NCBI GenBank assembly: GCA_965242925.1
Contig: CBDEUM010000039.1
Location: 32,001 to 96,000 of the forward strand
Direction of reading: 5' to 3'
Origin: Roseibacillus sp.
GTDB taxonomy: Bacteria; Verrucomicrobiota; Verrucomicrobiia; Verrucomicrobiales; Akkermansiaceae
DNA: 64,000 bases
This document shows positions 29,167-40,333 of this stretch, piece by piece. Position 1 is the stretch's first letter. Each line of letters opens with the position of its first letter. The notes below the pieces were generated by a model that was not told the origin of the DNA, made no database searches, and was given only the letters and a program-made list of their open reading frames with translations. The position numbers and the translations under genes were made by a program.

Positions 29167-29427
29167 TCAGAGCTTCTCGAATACGCCCTGATCACGCTTC
29201 TCGAGCACCGTGAACCCGGCCCTTTTCGCATCAGTGGCCGAGAACGGTTTCGCGACCCGGGGCGAATTAACCGAACTGATTATCTTACGGACCGGGTTCC
29301 TGCAAAGGGGGCAGTTCTCCAGGGGAGGGCGGTCGATCGGTCGTCTCAGTTCAAATCCCCGGGCACAGCGGACACAACTTCGATCCGGGTCGTCGGGGTT
29401 TTCAGAAAGATACTCGTAAAGTGGCAT
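29167..29427 (-). CDS. FmdB family zinc-ribbon protein
   Basis: MPLYEY, CVRC, CPLC, VRKIIS. Confidence 0.85.
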   Translation of the reverse strand: MPLYEYLSENPDDPDRSCVRCARGFELRRPIDRPPLENCPLCRNPVRKIISSVNSPRVAKPFSATDAKRAGFTVLEKRDQGVFEKL

Positions 29428-29486
29428 CTGGGATGCGGCTGGCAGGGAGATTCGTTGCCACCGCTATTCGAGCTTTGGAAGCTATG

Positions 29487-29756
29487 CTACCAGCTCGATT
29501 TTGTCACGCCGGGAATAAGTCCGGCGGAGGCCATTTCGCGAAAAGTGATGCGGGAGAGCCTGAATCGGCGCAGATAGGCCCTCCGGCGCCCGGTCACCTC
29601 ACAACGGTTCACCACCCGTGTGGGGCTCGCGTCGCGCGGCAGCATGCTCAGACCGACGTAGTCCTTCTCCTTCTTCAGCTTCTGCCGGAGTTCCTTGAAC
29701 TTCTTAACAGTCCGCTGTTTGCGCTTGTTTCGCTCGATCCAGCACTTCTTGGCCAT
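29487..29756 (-). CDS. rpsN: 30S ribosomal protein S14 (89-aa, zinc-independent type)
   Basis: [39 protein letters not shown]. Confidence 0.96.
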   Translation of the reverse strand: MAKKCWIERNKRKQRTVKKFKELRQKLKKEKDYVGLSMLPRDASPTRVVNRCEVTGRRRAYLRRFRLSRITFREMASAGLIPGVTKSSW

Positions 29757-29947
29757 GGGGATGCGTCTCTTACGCGGAATCCCATCCGATTCAAGGGTTT
29801 TTTGCTCAACGGGGTCAAATTGGGCTCAGAACAGGACCCTTGACCCACATCCCGGGCAGGCCGTCTCCACGGCGCATGCCAGCAGGGCGCGATCACTTCC
29901 CCGCACTCGTACTTGCAACGAAGCAGTGGAACCTTACTTCTAGCTCC

Positions 29948-31354
<1,407 letters not shown>

Positions 31355-31444
31355 TCTCCCACAGTCTGCCAGAGGGGACGCGGTGAATCGCATCTTCCTG
31401 ACCACAGCAGCGCGTCAGGGCTGGCGGAGCCAGCGAAATCCCTC

Positions 31445-31864
31445 CTAGGCCGCGAATTGCGGGCGGCGGCTGCGAACCAGGGCTATCAGGAGCAGCGCCA
31501 GGGACAGGACCGGATTGACCATTGCATGGTGGGGTCCGCGGGTCTTGTGGGCGACCTCAGCCAGCTCAACCGAAAGGTAATTGGAGCGGCGCCAGATGTC
31601 GCGGCTGGAGACCGGGACGCCCTTCACCCCGCCGAGATCGCCGGCCACGCTTGCATTCACGTAGGGGTAGGCCTCCACCGGCCCGGGCTCTTCCAGCGCC
31701 AGACCAGGGTGGGCCGGACTGTAGTAAAACCCCTCCCCGATCCCGACTTCGTCGCATTCATCCGGAAAGGCAAAGGGCAGCTGGCCCACGGGAGAGGCCC
31801 AAAGAGAAGGGCCAAGATGAAAAGCGAAAAGGAAGAGCGCAAGGAAGGGAAGGTTTGTTTTCAT
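31445..31864 (-). CDS. Small secreted hypothetical protein with C-terminal hydrophobic anchor and basic tail
   Basis: Signal peptide MKTNLPFLALFLFAF...SLWA; C-terminus NPVLSLALLLIALVRSRR. Confidence 0.55.
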   Translation of the reverse strand: MKTNLPFLALFLFAFHLGPSLWASPVGQLPFAFPDECDEVGIGEGFYYSPAHPGLALEEPGPVEAYPYVNASVAGDLGGVKGVPVSSRDIWRRSNYLSVELAEVAHKTRGPHHAMVNPVLSLALLLIALVRSRRPQFAA

Positions 31865-32199
31865 GAACCGGGTGCAGTTGATGGAACAAGGCCATCAGAA
31901 CCTGGATACTATTAGATCATATATATATTTTTAGTTAGCAGCCATGGTTAGTTCATCCTTCCAAAGGAACAACTTTCTGCCATCCGGACCACAATCGTTC
32001 CTGCTCCTCAACCATGGTCCCGAATCCCTGCTTCCTAAAGATATTCAAAATATTCATTATCGTTCAGGAATCCTCAAACTGATTAATGAATCCTGACCAG
32101 ACGTAACGCCAAGCCACTAGTGAATCCATACCTTGTGTCAGAAAGCGGGATAGAGGCACCTCCTCACCCCGCCGGATCATCCGGAACCCTTGCCCGGGT

Positions 32200-33885
32200 C
32201 TACTTCTTTGACCACGAGTCGCGCAGCCCGATGGTGCGGTTGTAAACAGCCCTTCCTCCGGCCTCGTGGTAACGGGAATCCGCACAGAAGTAGCCGAGGC
32301 GTTCAAACTGGCAGACGAACCCGGCGGGCTCACTGGCCAGGCCCGGTTCCACCTTCGCACCGGTGACTAGCCTGAGGGAGTCCGGATTCAGGACCGAAAG
32401 GAACCCCCCCTCCGCCGCATCAGGATTCTCGTGATGAAAGAGGCGGTCGTAGAGACGCACTTCGGCATCCTCGGCCTCAGCAACGCTCACCCAGTGAATG
32501 GCCGCCTTGCATACCACCCCCTCGGGCGGCGACTGGCCGATCGTGCCCGGCAGATACTCACAGTGCACCTCGGTCAGTTCCCCGCTTTCAGGATCAGTGA
32601 CGTGGTCAACGTATTGCACGATGTAGCCACCACGCAGCCGCACCGCCCGGCCCGGAGCGAGGCGGAAGTACTTCCTTGGAGCCTCCACCATGAAATCATC
32701 GCGCTCGATCCAGAGCTCGCGTCCAAGGGGCAGCTTGCGCAGGCCGGCATTCCCGTCCCCGGGGTTGTTCTGCACTTCCACCTCCTCCTTGTGACCGGGC
32801 TCCATGTTGACCAGGACCAGCTTGAGCGGTTCCAGGACCGCCATCCGCCGGGGCGCGGTGATATTGAGCACCTTCCGCACCTCGTTCTCGAGCCGGGCCA
32901 CGTCGGTGATCCCCTTGAACTTGGTGATCCCGACTCCCTCGCAGAAGTTGCGGATGGCTTCGGGTGGAAACCCCCGCCGGCGCGCTCCGGAAAGAGTGGG
33001 CATGCGCGGGTCGTCCCAGGCATCAACCTTCCCCTCCTCCACCAGCTGCAGCAGCTTGCGCTTGCTCACGACAGTGTAGTTGAGCGTGAGGCGCGAAAAC
33101 TCAATCTGTCGGGGCACGGCCGGCACCGGGCAATTCTCAATGACCCAGTCATAGATCGGCCGGTGCACTTCGAACTCCAGAGTGCAGAGCGAATGGGTGA
33201 CGTGCTCGCAGGCATCCTCAAGGGGATGCGCGAAGTCGTACATCGGATAGATACACCACTTGTCTCCCGTGTTGTGATGATTTTCGTGCAACACACGATA
33301 GATGATGGGATCACGCATGTGCATGTTGGATGATGCCATGTCCACCCTGGCCCGCAGGACAGCCTCCCCGTCCTGAAAATCCCCCGCCCGCATCTTCTCG
33401 AAGAGTTCGAGATTCTCCTCGACGGGACGGTCGCGATAGGGCGACTCCATCCCGGGTTCCGACACCGTACCGTGGGCAACGCGGATTTCCTCTGCGCTCT
33501 GCTGATCCACGAAAGCCTTGCCCTCTCTGATGAGATGGACCGCGCAGTCGTAGAAAAACTCGAAGTAGTTGCTGGCGAAGTAGAGGTGCTCGCCCCAGTC
33601 GCAACCCAGCCACCTGATGTCCTCCTGAATGCTGTCGACGTATTCCTGCTCTTCCCTGGAGGGATTGGTGTCGTCGAAGCGCAGATGGAACTCCGCGCCG
33701 GCAGAGGCGTTTTCCCGCGCGATACCCCAGCTCAGGCAGATGGCCTTGGCATGCCCGATGTGCAGGTAGCCATTCGGCTCCGGCGGAAAACGGGTGACAA
33801 TCCTCGCATGTTTCCCGCTCGCCAGATCCTCCGCCACGATGTCACGGATGAAATCATGCTTGTCGGTTGCCTCGCTCTCGCTCAT
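32200..33885 (-). CDS. glnS: Glutamine--tRNA ligase
   Basis: TRFPPEPNGYLHIGH, LRFDDTNP, IYPMYDFAH, VSKRKL, WDDPRMPT, QFERLGYF. Confidence 0.97.
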   Translation of the reverse strand: MSESEATDKHDFIRDIVAEDLASGKHARIVTRFPPEPNGYLHIGHAKAICLSWGIARENASAGAEFHLRFDDTNPSREEQEYVDSIQEDIRWLGCDWGEHLYFASNYFEFFYDCAVHLIREGKAFVDQQSAEEIRVAHGTVSEPGMESPYRDRPVEENLELFEKMRAGDFQDGEAVLRARVDMASSNMHMRDPIIYRVLHENHHNTGDKWCIYPMYDFAHPLEDACEHVTHSLCTLEFEVHRPIYDWVIENCPVPAVPRQIEFSRLTLNYTVVSKRKLLQLVEEGKVDAWDDPRMPTLSGARRRGFPPEAIRNFCEGVGITKFKGITDVARLENEVRKVLNITAPRRMAVLEPLKLVLVNMEPGHKEEVEVQNNPGDGNAGLRKLPLGRELWIERDDFMVEAPRKYFRLAPGRAVRLRGGYIVQYVDHVTDPESGELTEVHCEYLPGTIGQSPPEGVVCKAAIHWVSVAEAEDAEVRLYDRLFHHENPDAAEGGFLSVLNPDSLRLVTGAKVEPGLASEPAGFVCQFERLGYFCADSRYHEAGGRAVYNRTIGLRDSWSKK

Positions 33886-33893
33886 CGCGCCAA

Positions 33894-35228
33894 CTAAATA
33901 CCAGCGAGTTCTTCGAACAAGACCCGGTTCAAGCGAATCCCGCCCTCGAAGTTTTCCACCGTGAAATTCTCATTGGGCGAGTGAATCTGGCAGTCGGGCA
34001 GGGCCAGACCGAGAAGGAGGGTGTCCACCCCGAGCACTTCCTTGAAATCCTGGATGATGGGAATGCTGCCTCCCTCGCGGATGAGGACAGGATCGGCCCT
34101 AAAAGTCTTGCGCAGGGCTTCCTGGGCGGCCCTGCCGTGAGCGGAATGGGGATCTGAACGGTAGGCCTGCCCGTGATGCCCCCGCTCCACCTCCACGGTC
34201 ACACCTTCAGGGCAGTGTTTTTCTAGATGGGCCTGGACCTTGTCCATGATGTCGGAGGGATCCTGACCGGGGACGAGGCGGAAAGAGAGCTTTGCGAAGG
34301 ATTCGGCCGGGAGAACCGTCTTCGAGCCCTCGCCCTGGTAGCCCCCCCAGATTCCATTGACCTCGGCGGTGGGCCGGGCCCAGAGGCGTTCGGCGGAGGT
34401 GTAGCCGCTCTCCCCGAAGAGGGAAGGCGCTCCGGTCACCCCGAGGATATCTTCCTCACTCATGCCGGGCACGCTTCTCCACATCTCGCGTTCCCAGTCC
34501 TCCAGGGCTACCACGTCGTCGTAGAACCCATCGATGGCCACGCGTCCATTGTCATCATGCAGGCTGGCCACCAGGCGCGCCACTGCAGTGCCCGGGTTGG
34601 CCACCGCTCCACCATAGACACCGGAATGCAGGTCACGGGCCGGGCCCCTTATGGCAAACTCGCAGCAGGTGATCCCGCGCAGCCCATAACCGAGAGTAGG
34701 CACCCCCGGTGCCACCATTCCGGTATCGGAAACCACGATCACATCGCAGGCGAGTTCCCCGCGATGCGCTTCCAGAAAGGGGCGCAGGCTGGGGGACCCG
34801 ATCTCTTCCTCGCCCTCCAGCAACATGATGAGGTTCACGGGCAGTTTGCCATCCTCCTCGATGGTCTCGGCGATCCCACAGAGATGCGCAAAGAACTGCC
34901 CCTTGTTATCGGTCGACCCCCGGGCCCAGATTCTGCCGTCACGAATGACCGGATCGAAGGGATCACTCTCCCAGAGCTCAAGAGGATCGACGGGTTGCAC
35001 ATCGTAGTGCCCATAAACCAGCACGGTTGGCCGATCCGCTTCCTGCTCGTTGCGACCGATCACCACCGGATGTCCACCGGTGGGACAAACCTCGCTCTGC
35101 AATCCGGCCGCCGCCATGCGGGCTGCCAGCCAATCAGCACAGGCCTGCACATCCACCTTGTGCCCGGAGTCGGTCGAAATGCTTGCAAAGCGCAACAACT
35201 CGAAGAGTTCATCCATCCAACGGTTCAC
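33894..35228 (-). CDS. M20 family dipeptidase (DapE/CNDP-like)
   Basis: YGHYDVQP, ARGSTDNKGQ, EGEEEIGS, DLHSG, GGSIP, IHSPNE. Confidence 0.93.
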   Translation of the reverse strand: MNRWMDELFELLRFASISTDSGHKVDVQACADWLAARMAAAGLQSEVCPTGGHPVVIGRNEQEADRPTVLVYGHYDVQPVDPLELWESDPFDPVIRDGRIWARGSTDNKGQFFAHLCGIAETIEEDGKLPVNLIMLLEGEEEIGSPSLRPFLEAHRGELACDVIVVSDTGMVAPGVPTLGYGLRGITCCEFAIRGPARDLHSGVYGGAVANPGTAVARLVASLHDDNGRVAIDGFYDDVVALEDWEREMWRSVPGMSEEDILGVTGAPSLFGESGYTSAERLWARPTAEVNGIWGGYQGEGSKTVLPAESFAKLSFRLVPGQDPSDIMDKVQAHLEKHCPEGVTVEVERGHHGQAYRSDPHSAHGRAAQEALRKTFRADPVLIREGGSIPIIQDFKEVLGVDTLLLGLALPDCQIHSPNENFTVENFEGGIRLNRVLFEELAGI

Positions 35229-35294
35229 GATCTCAATAATTCTGGTTATATTTGTTCCTGCTGCCCGGCGGGATCCGTTCCCGCCGGTAATTCC

Positions 35295-35582
35295 CTACCG
35301 CAATCGTCCCCTGGCGTCCTTGTATTCCTTGATGATGCGGAGAAAGTCATAGAGTCCGAGCAGAAAGAGGAAGATTGAAAGAAAGGCGCAACCAGCCCAA
35401 TAGAAAAGAAAACGCCCGGGAATTTCCTCCAACCAGGAAGCCAGGGGCCAGTTCCCCAGCGCGAATACCACCAGAAGGGCAACGATGGTGTAGAAGATTA
35501 TCTTCCGCCGCGTCTCACGAAATTGCAGGAGGGCCCGCGCCGCCACCCGGGCAAACGAAAACCAGCTCATCTTCTCGGGCAT
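35295..35582 (-). CDS. Small hypothetical membrane protein (2 TM)
   Basis: Two hydrophobic helices; co-directional with neighbours. Confidence 0.6.
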   Translation of the reverse strand: MPEKMSWFSFARVAARALLQFRETRRKIIFYTIVALLVVFALGNWPLASWLEEIPGRFLFYWAGCAFLSIFLFLLGLYDFLRIIKEYKDARGRLR

Positions 35583-35690
35583 CGGCTCAAAGCATCTAAC
35601 GAGAAGCACCCAAGGTCAAATCCTGAGAGCGTAGTGAACCTGCCCCGTCATTCCCTCCCGGGCCTGCAGAATGAGCGCCCGTTTATCCGA

Positions 35691-37103
35691 TCACTCTTTT
35701 CGGGCCTGCTCGTAGGCGAATCCCAGGGCGAGCAACTTCGCTTCCGCGAAGGCCGGCCCGATGAACGACAAACCGACCGGCAGACCGTCGGCCAGACCCA
35801 TCGGAACCGTAAGGTGCGGATATCCTGCGACCGCCGGCAGCGTAGTGCATGCCCCTTCGAAGGCATCACCTCCATCGAGACGGATGGGGAAGGCTCTTCC
35901 AGTCGTCGGGGCGATCAGCGCGATGCAGTCGTGGTCGGCGAGCAGTCGATCAATCCCCTCGGGACCGGCCAGGCGCTTCGCCTCGTCAACAATATCCGGC
36001 AGCTCCGGATCTGCCCCTCCTTCGGTCGCCTCGGACTGTTCGAAGATCTCCTGCCCGAAATGTGGCATCACCTCTTCAGCATGCATCTTGTTGAAAGCGA
36101 TCAGATCGGCAAGTGTCCGCGTCTTCACCCCGGAGGGCGTCGTTGCCAGGTAGGAATTGAGGTCTCGCTTGAATTCCCGGAGAAGAAGAGCCCATTCAAG
36201 CTGACCGATTCGCTTCAAATCCGGAATTTCGCTGATTTCGACGAGGGTTGCCCCGGCCTCTTCGAGGGTTCGGCGGGCCGCAGAAAAAGTGGCGGAGACC
36301 GCATCGCCGTATTCCCCGGACAGGGGCAGAAGAACTCCAAGCCTGACTCCCCGGAGCGCGTCGACATCGAGTGCCGCCTCGTAGTCAGCAGCCTTCGCGC
36401 CGATCATCCCCCCAAGCGTGCGGGCAGCAAGTTTCACATTCCGGGTCATCGGACCGGCCGTGTCCTGACTGGCCGAGATCGGAACGATTCCTTCGCCGGA
36501 CAGCAGGCCCACTGTCGGCTTGAGTCCGACAATCCCGCACATTGCCGCCGGACAAGTGACCGAGCCATCCGTCTCCGTGCCGATGGCAACATCCACCAAC
36601 CCCGATCCCACCGCGGCTCCACTGCCCGAACTTGATCCGCAGGCACTGCGGGAAGGGTCATACGGGTTGGTCGTCAAACCGCCAACGCTGCTCCAGCCGC
36701 TGGTGGATGAAGTGGAACGGAAATTCGCCCATTCCGACAGGTTCGTCTTGCCGACGATGACAGCCCCGGCACGTTTCAGGTTGGCGATGATTGGCGCATC
36801 GGCTTCCGCCATGTTCTCGAGGAGAGCCAGCGACCCGGCCGTGGTGGGCATTCCCGCGACGTGGATATTGTCTTTCACGAGCACCGGAACGCCGTTCAAC
36901 GGTCCCCGTTGGGGATTGGAATCAAGAGCACGTGCCTGCTGCACCGCGTCCGGTGCAATAGCGAGAACCGCATTGCAACTTCCTTCCCTCTCAAGTCGCT
37001 GCAGGATCGCCTCGGCACGATCACCGATACCACGCTCCTGGCACGCGGCGAAAACCAGCGAAGAAAGGACCGGCAACAATCGACAGGCGCGATCCGTGAT
37101 CAT
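35691..37103 (-). CDS. Amidase signature family lipoprotein
   Basis: Lipobox FAAC; VKDNI, GKTNLSEWANFRS, GSSSGSG, GTETDGSVTCP, GLKPT. Confidence 0.9.
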   Translation of the reverse strand: MITDRACRLLPVLSSLVFAACQERGIGDRAEAILQRLEREGSCNAVLAIAPDAVQQARALDSNPQRGPLNGVPVLVKDNIHVAGMPTTAGSLALLENMAEADAPIIANLKRAGAVIVGKTNLSEWANFRSTSSTSGWSSVGGLTTNPYDPSRSACGSSSGSGAAVGSGLVDVAIGTETDGSVTCPAAMCGIVGLKPTVGLLSGEGIVPISASQDTAGPMTRNVKLAARTLGGMIGAKAADYEAALDVDALRGVRLGVLLPLSGEYGDAVSATFSAARRTLEEAGATLVEISEIPDLKRIGQLEWALLLREFKRDLNSYLATTPSGVKTRTLADLIAFNKMHAEEVMPHFGQEIFEQSEATEGGADPELPDIVDEAKRLAGPEGIDRLLADHDCIALIAPTTGRAFPIRLDGGDAFEGACTTLPAVAGYPHLTVPMGLADGLPVGLSFIGPAFAEAKLLALGFAYEQARKE

Positions 37104-37193
37104 GCGTAGAAACGGCGGCCGATGCCTTGAAAATTTGCAAATCGACGCACAGGAGGCATTGATTCCCTCCGCGAGACAACGCTCGGCCACGCC

Positions 37194-37553
37194 TTACTCG
37201 GCTGCGGGAGGCTCTTTTGCAGCGGAGGATTCCTTCCCGGGAGCCTCCTCTGCGGCCGGTTTTTCCTCAACAGCCTTCTTGGCAACCTTCTTGGCCGCCT
37301 TCTTTGCAGTCTTCTTAGCTGCCTTCTTGGCGGTCTTTTTCGCAGCCTTCTTGGCGGTTTTCTTGACGGTCTTTTTCGCAGCCTTCTTGGCGGTTTTCTT
37401 AGCCGCAGCCTTCTTGGCTGCCTTCTTGGCTGAAGCGCTCGTGCCCCCCGAGGACTTCTTCAGGGCGATGCTCGATTTAGTTTGCTCCCGCTTGCGTTTG
37501 AAATACTGCTTTCGGCGTCGACGCTTCTGGACCTTGTTGTACTGCTTACCCAT
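37194..37553 (-). CDS. Histone H1-like Lys/Ala-rich basic protein
   Basis: Arg/Lys-rich N-terminus, about 12 tandem KK(A/T/V)A-type tetrapeptides, acidic tail. Confidence 0.75.
   Translation of the reverse strand: MGKQYNKVQKRRRRKQYFKRKREQTKSSIALKKSSGGTSASAKKAAKKAAAKKTAKKAAKKTVKKTAKKAAKKTAKKAAKKTAKKAAKKVAKKAVEEKPAAEEAPGKESSAAKEPPAAE
37268..37432 (-). repeat. Degenerate 12-bp coding tandem repeat (KKAA/KKTA)
   Basis: Recurring cagccttcttgg / cggtcttttt units on the plus strand. Confidence 0.8.
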
Positions 37554-37621
37554 GAGGTGGGCACGGCCTAAGCCTCTGCACGCCAGCTTTCAAGACAAAT
37601 CGCCCCCCAATTCTCCTCCTT

Positions 37622-38782
37622 ATGCCCGGTCTCATCATCAAACCCCGCTCCAGAATCTTCCACGGACACGACTGGGTCTATGCCTCTGAAATCAAGAAAT
37701 CCTTCGGCAATCCCCAGCCCGGAGAGGTTATTTCTCTCAAGGATTTCAAGGACAAACCCCTTGGAAGCGCCATTTACAATCCCCGCTCCCAGATCGTCGC
37801 CCGCCGCTTTTCCCGGCGAAAACAGGATCTCGACCGGGCTTTTTTCCTCCGGCGCCTGCAACTCGCTTTCACCCTCCGGGAGCGCCTCCCCGTCGATCCC
37901 ACCCTCTGTCGTTTGGCATGGAGTGAGTCCGACGGGCTGCCAGGGCTCATCGTTGACCGCTACCGCAGCCACCTCGTGGTGCAGACTCTAACCCTTGCCA
38001 TGGATCAGAGGATCGACCTCATCACCGAGGTCCTGCAGGAGTTACTGTCTCCTGATTCCATCGTGGTTCGTAATGACTCCCCCATGCGCAAGGCAGAGGG
38101 GCTCGAACCAGCCAACCTCGTCGCCCACGGGGAGAATCCCGACCCCGTGACGCTGGAAACCGGAGGTCTGCACCTTGAGGCCACGCTCCTGGCCGGGCAG
38201 AAAACCGGACTCTATCTCGATCAACTGGACGCCTATGCCCGCATCGCTTCGCTCGCTCCGGGCAAACGCGTACTCGACTGCTTCAGTAATCAGGGCGGTT
38301 TCGGACTGGCCTGCGCCCGCGCCGGAGCCGCTTCCGTGACCTGTGTCGACATCTCGGCGGAAGCCATCGCGGCTGTCAGGCGCAATGCCGAACTGAACGA
38401 TCTCAAGACCGAGACGGTGGAGGCCAATGCCTTCGACTACCTCAAGAACTGCGATGAGCAATTCGATCTGATCATCCTCGATCCTCCCTCCTTCACGCGA
38501 AGCAAGAAAGCACTGAGAGATGCCATGCGCGGCTACAAGGAAATTCACCTTCGGGCGCTCAAACTCCTCGACCATGACGGCTACCTGGCCACCTTCTCCT
38601 GTTCCCACCATGTCAGCCGGGAACTCTTCCTCAACAATGTGCGCGATGCCGCGGTCGATACCCGCCGGACTCTTCGCCTCGTGGAGTCCTTCACCCAACG
38701 CGCTGACCATCCCATTCTCCCCACAATCCCCGAGACCGAGTATCTGAAGGGGTTTTGCTTTCAACTACTTCCCGGTCGATGA
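37622..38782 (+). CDS. rlmI: RlmI-like 23S rRNA m5C methyltransferase (PUA + class I SAM MTase)
   Basis: GHDWVY, SESDGLPGLIVDRY, GQKTGLYLDQ, VLDCFS..GGF, IILDPPSF, FSCS, DHP....PETEYLK. Confidence 0.88.
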   Translation: MPGLIIKPRSRIFHGHDWVYASEIKKSFGNPQPGEVISLKDFKDKPLGSAIYNPRSQIVARRFSRRKQDLDRAFFLRRLQLAFTLRERLPVDPTLCRLAWSESDGLPGLIVDRYRSHLVVQTLTLAMDQRIDLITEVLQELLSPDSIVVRNDSPMRKAEGLEPANLVAHGENPDPVTLETGGLHLEATLLAGQKTGLYLDQLDAYARIASLAPGKRVLDCFSNQGGFGLACARAGAASVTCVDISAEAIAAVRRNAELNDLKTETVEANAFDYLKNCDEQFDLIILDPPSFTRSKKALRDAMRGYKEIHLRALKLLDHDGYLATFSCSHHVSRELFLNNVRDAAVDTRRTLRLVESFTQRADHPILPTIPETEYLKGFCFQLLPGR

Positions 38783-39264
38783 AGACCGGGCTCAAGCTTC
38801 TGCTCTTTCTGGTCCCCGCGGTAGCCGCTACCCTCTACGTGCTCTGGATATTCTCCCCTGAGCAGACTGTCATCCGGCGTGCAGAAGTCCTCTTCACCTG
38901 CCTGGAGAAGAGCACGCTCAGCACCGGCACTCCCTCTGAAAAGGCCGAACGCTTCCAGGCAGTGCTTTCCCCTGCCCTTGAAATCCGGGCCCCCCACCCC
39001 GTGGAATCGGGAGCGATCGGTCCCGCCCAAGCAGGGCGGATGCTCAAGGACTTCCAACAGAGCATCACCTCCTGCAAAATCAGCTGCGAGGAAGAATCCG
39101 TGGACTTCCCGGCTGAGGACCACGCCGTTTATCAGGTTGCCATCTTTGCTGAAATCGCTCAGGGCCCCGGCCGCAAATACCACATGCGCTACCATTGCCG
39201 CATCGAGTTCAAACGCTCAGGTCGCGACTGGCTGGCGGAGGCTATTACCCTGACCCCTGTTTGA
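38779..39264 (+). CDS. Hypothetical membrane-anchored protein, possibly NTF2-like fold
   Basis: N-terminal TM, ATGA overlap with rlmI, C-terminal IEFKR...DW....I pattern. Confidence 0.6.
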   Translation: MKTGLKLLLFLVPAVAATLYVLWIFSPEQTVIRRAEVLFTCLEKSTLSTGTPSEKAERFQAVLSPALEIRAPHPVESGAIGPAQAGRMLKDFQQSITSCKISCEEESVDFPAEDHAVYQVAIFAEIAQGPGRKYHMRYHCRIEFKRSGRDWLAEAITLTPV

Positions 39265-39408
39265 TCCCGGCCACCCATCCGTCACGGGATCCCTGACTCC
39301 AAAAGGCTCAATTGCAGGCTTTGTGGCCCTTTAACGGCTTTCCGGCCAAAATTCCTTGGCAAACCGGGGGAATTCCTCCAAGTTCCGCCGCCCCACGCTC
39401 CACAGCAC

Positions 39409-39669
39409 ATGGTAGTTCTTCGACTCACACGCAAAGGCACCAAGGATCGCCCCTACTACAAAATTGTAGCGGTCGATCGCCGCAAACGCCGGGACGGCCG
39501 CTATATCGAACAAATCGGCACCTATGATCCCCTGCAGAGCGGCATGAACTACACTCTCGATCTCGAGAAGGCCGATGGCTGGGTCAGCAAGGGTGCCAAA
39601 CCGTCCGAGACGGTGGCCAGCATCATCAAGAAGGCTCGCCAGATCAAAGAAGCTGCCACCGAGGCTTAG
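39409..39669 (+). CDS. rpsP: 30S ribosomal protein S16
   Basis: [44 protein letters not shown]. Confidence 0.97.
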   Translation: MVVLRLTRKGTKDRPYYKIVAVDRRKRRDGRYIEQIGTYDPLQSGMNYTLDLEKADGWVSKGAKPSETVASIIKKARQIKEAATEA

Positions 39670-39713
39670 CCCCGGTAAAAGGAAAACCCGTTCGGCATCC
39701 CTGCTGAAGGCCG

Positions 39714-40223
39714 TCACAGCACCGCCCGCAGGAACTGCTCGATCTGCTCCAGCGACTCCGCCTGCGCTACACCCTGGGCCGCTCCTCCCCCTCCAAGGCC
39801 GATGACCGGCTTCCGGAACCGCTGGGCAAGCCCCGCCTCGGAAGCCGTTCCTTCCCCTCCCGGCAGAATGATCACTGCGTCCGCTGTCGCAATATTGATC
39901 GCGTTGCGGGAACGTTCGGTCCCTCCTTCTGCCCCCCGACCAGGAAGATGGGTCCGGATGACGAGTTCCACATGCTCGTTGGGATATCCCGGAGGCGACT
40001 CCGGGGCCTCTTCCCCTGTCAGGCCGGGTAGAATCCCGAGAGTGAGGCCAGGGCGTCGCCCCACGGACCGGAACCCCTTCGACACCGATCTCATGACCCC
40101 TGATCCGCCTCCAGTAAGGAGATGCACACCCAGGCGGGCCAGCATTTCGCCCAGGGCCAGGGAGAGGTTCTCATGCTCCTGCCGGCCGGAACCCATCACT
40201 CCCACAATCTTCAATCTCTTCAT
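39714..40223 (-). CDS. SLOG/LOG-like Rossmann nucleotide-binding protein (TIGR00725/MoCo-carrier-like)
   Basis: IVGVMGSG, LLTGGGSGVM, GILPG, RNAIN, LPGGEGTASE. Confidence 0.8.
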   Translation of the reverse strand: MKRLKIVGVMGSGRQEHENLSLALGEMLARLGVHLLTGGGSGVMRSVSKGFRSVGRRPGLTLGILPGLTGEEAPESPPGYPNEHVELVIRTHLPGRGAEGGTERSRNAINIATADAVIILPGGEGTASEAGLAQRFRKPVIGLGGGGAAQGVAQAESLEQIEQFLRAVL

Positions 40224-40333
40224 TTTTCTCCCCGTCTCACACCACGTTTCAAGAGAGAGTAGCGAGAGCTCTCAACAAATCACTTCCAGCAGAATACCGG
40301 ACTCTCGTCCCGCACCCATTCCCGGAGACCCGT

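Noticed and set aside
31865..32199. Sigma54 promoter for the PEP-CTERM-like gene
   Set aside because: The best candidate (TGGCAGAAAGTTG, minus strand) has the wrong -24/-12 spacing.
35691..37103. Amidase as gatA because it lies near glnS
   Set aside because: It has a lipoprotein signal and the SEWANFRS motif of secreted amidases; there is no gatB or gatC.
37268..37432. Repeat array as CRISPR
   Set aside because: These are 12-bp coding tandem units without spacers, and no cas genes are present.
39714..40223. SLOG protein as part of a nucleotide-signalling defence system
   Set aside because: It stands alone with no TIR, cyclase or effector neighbours.
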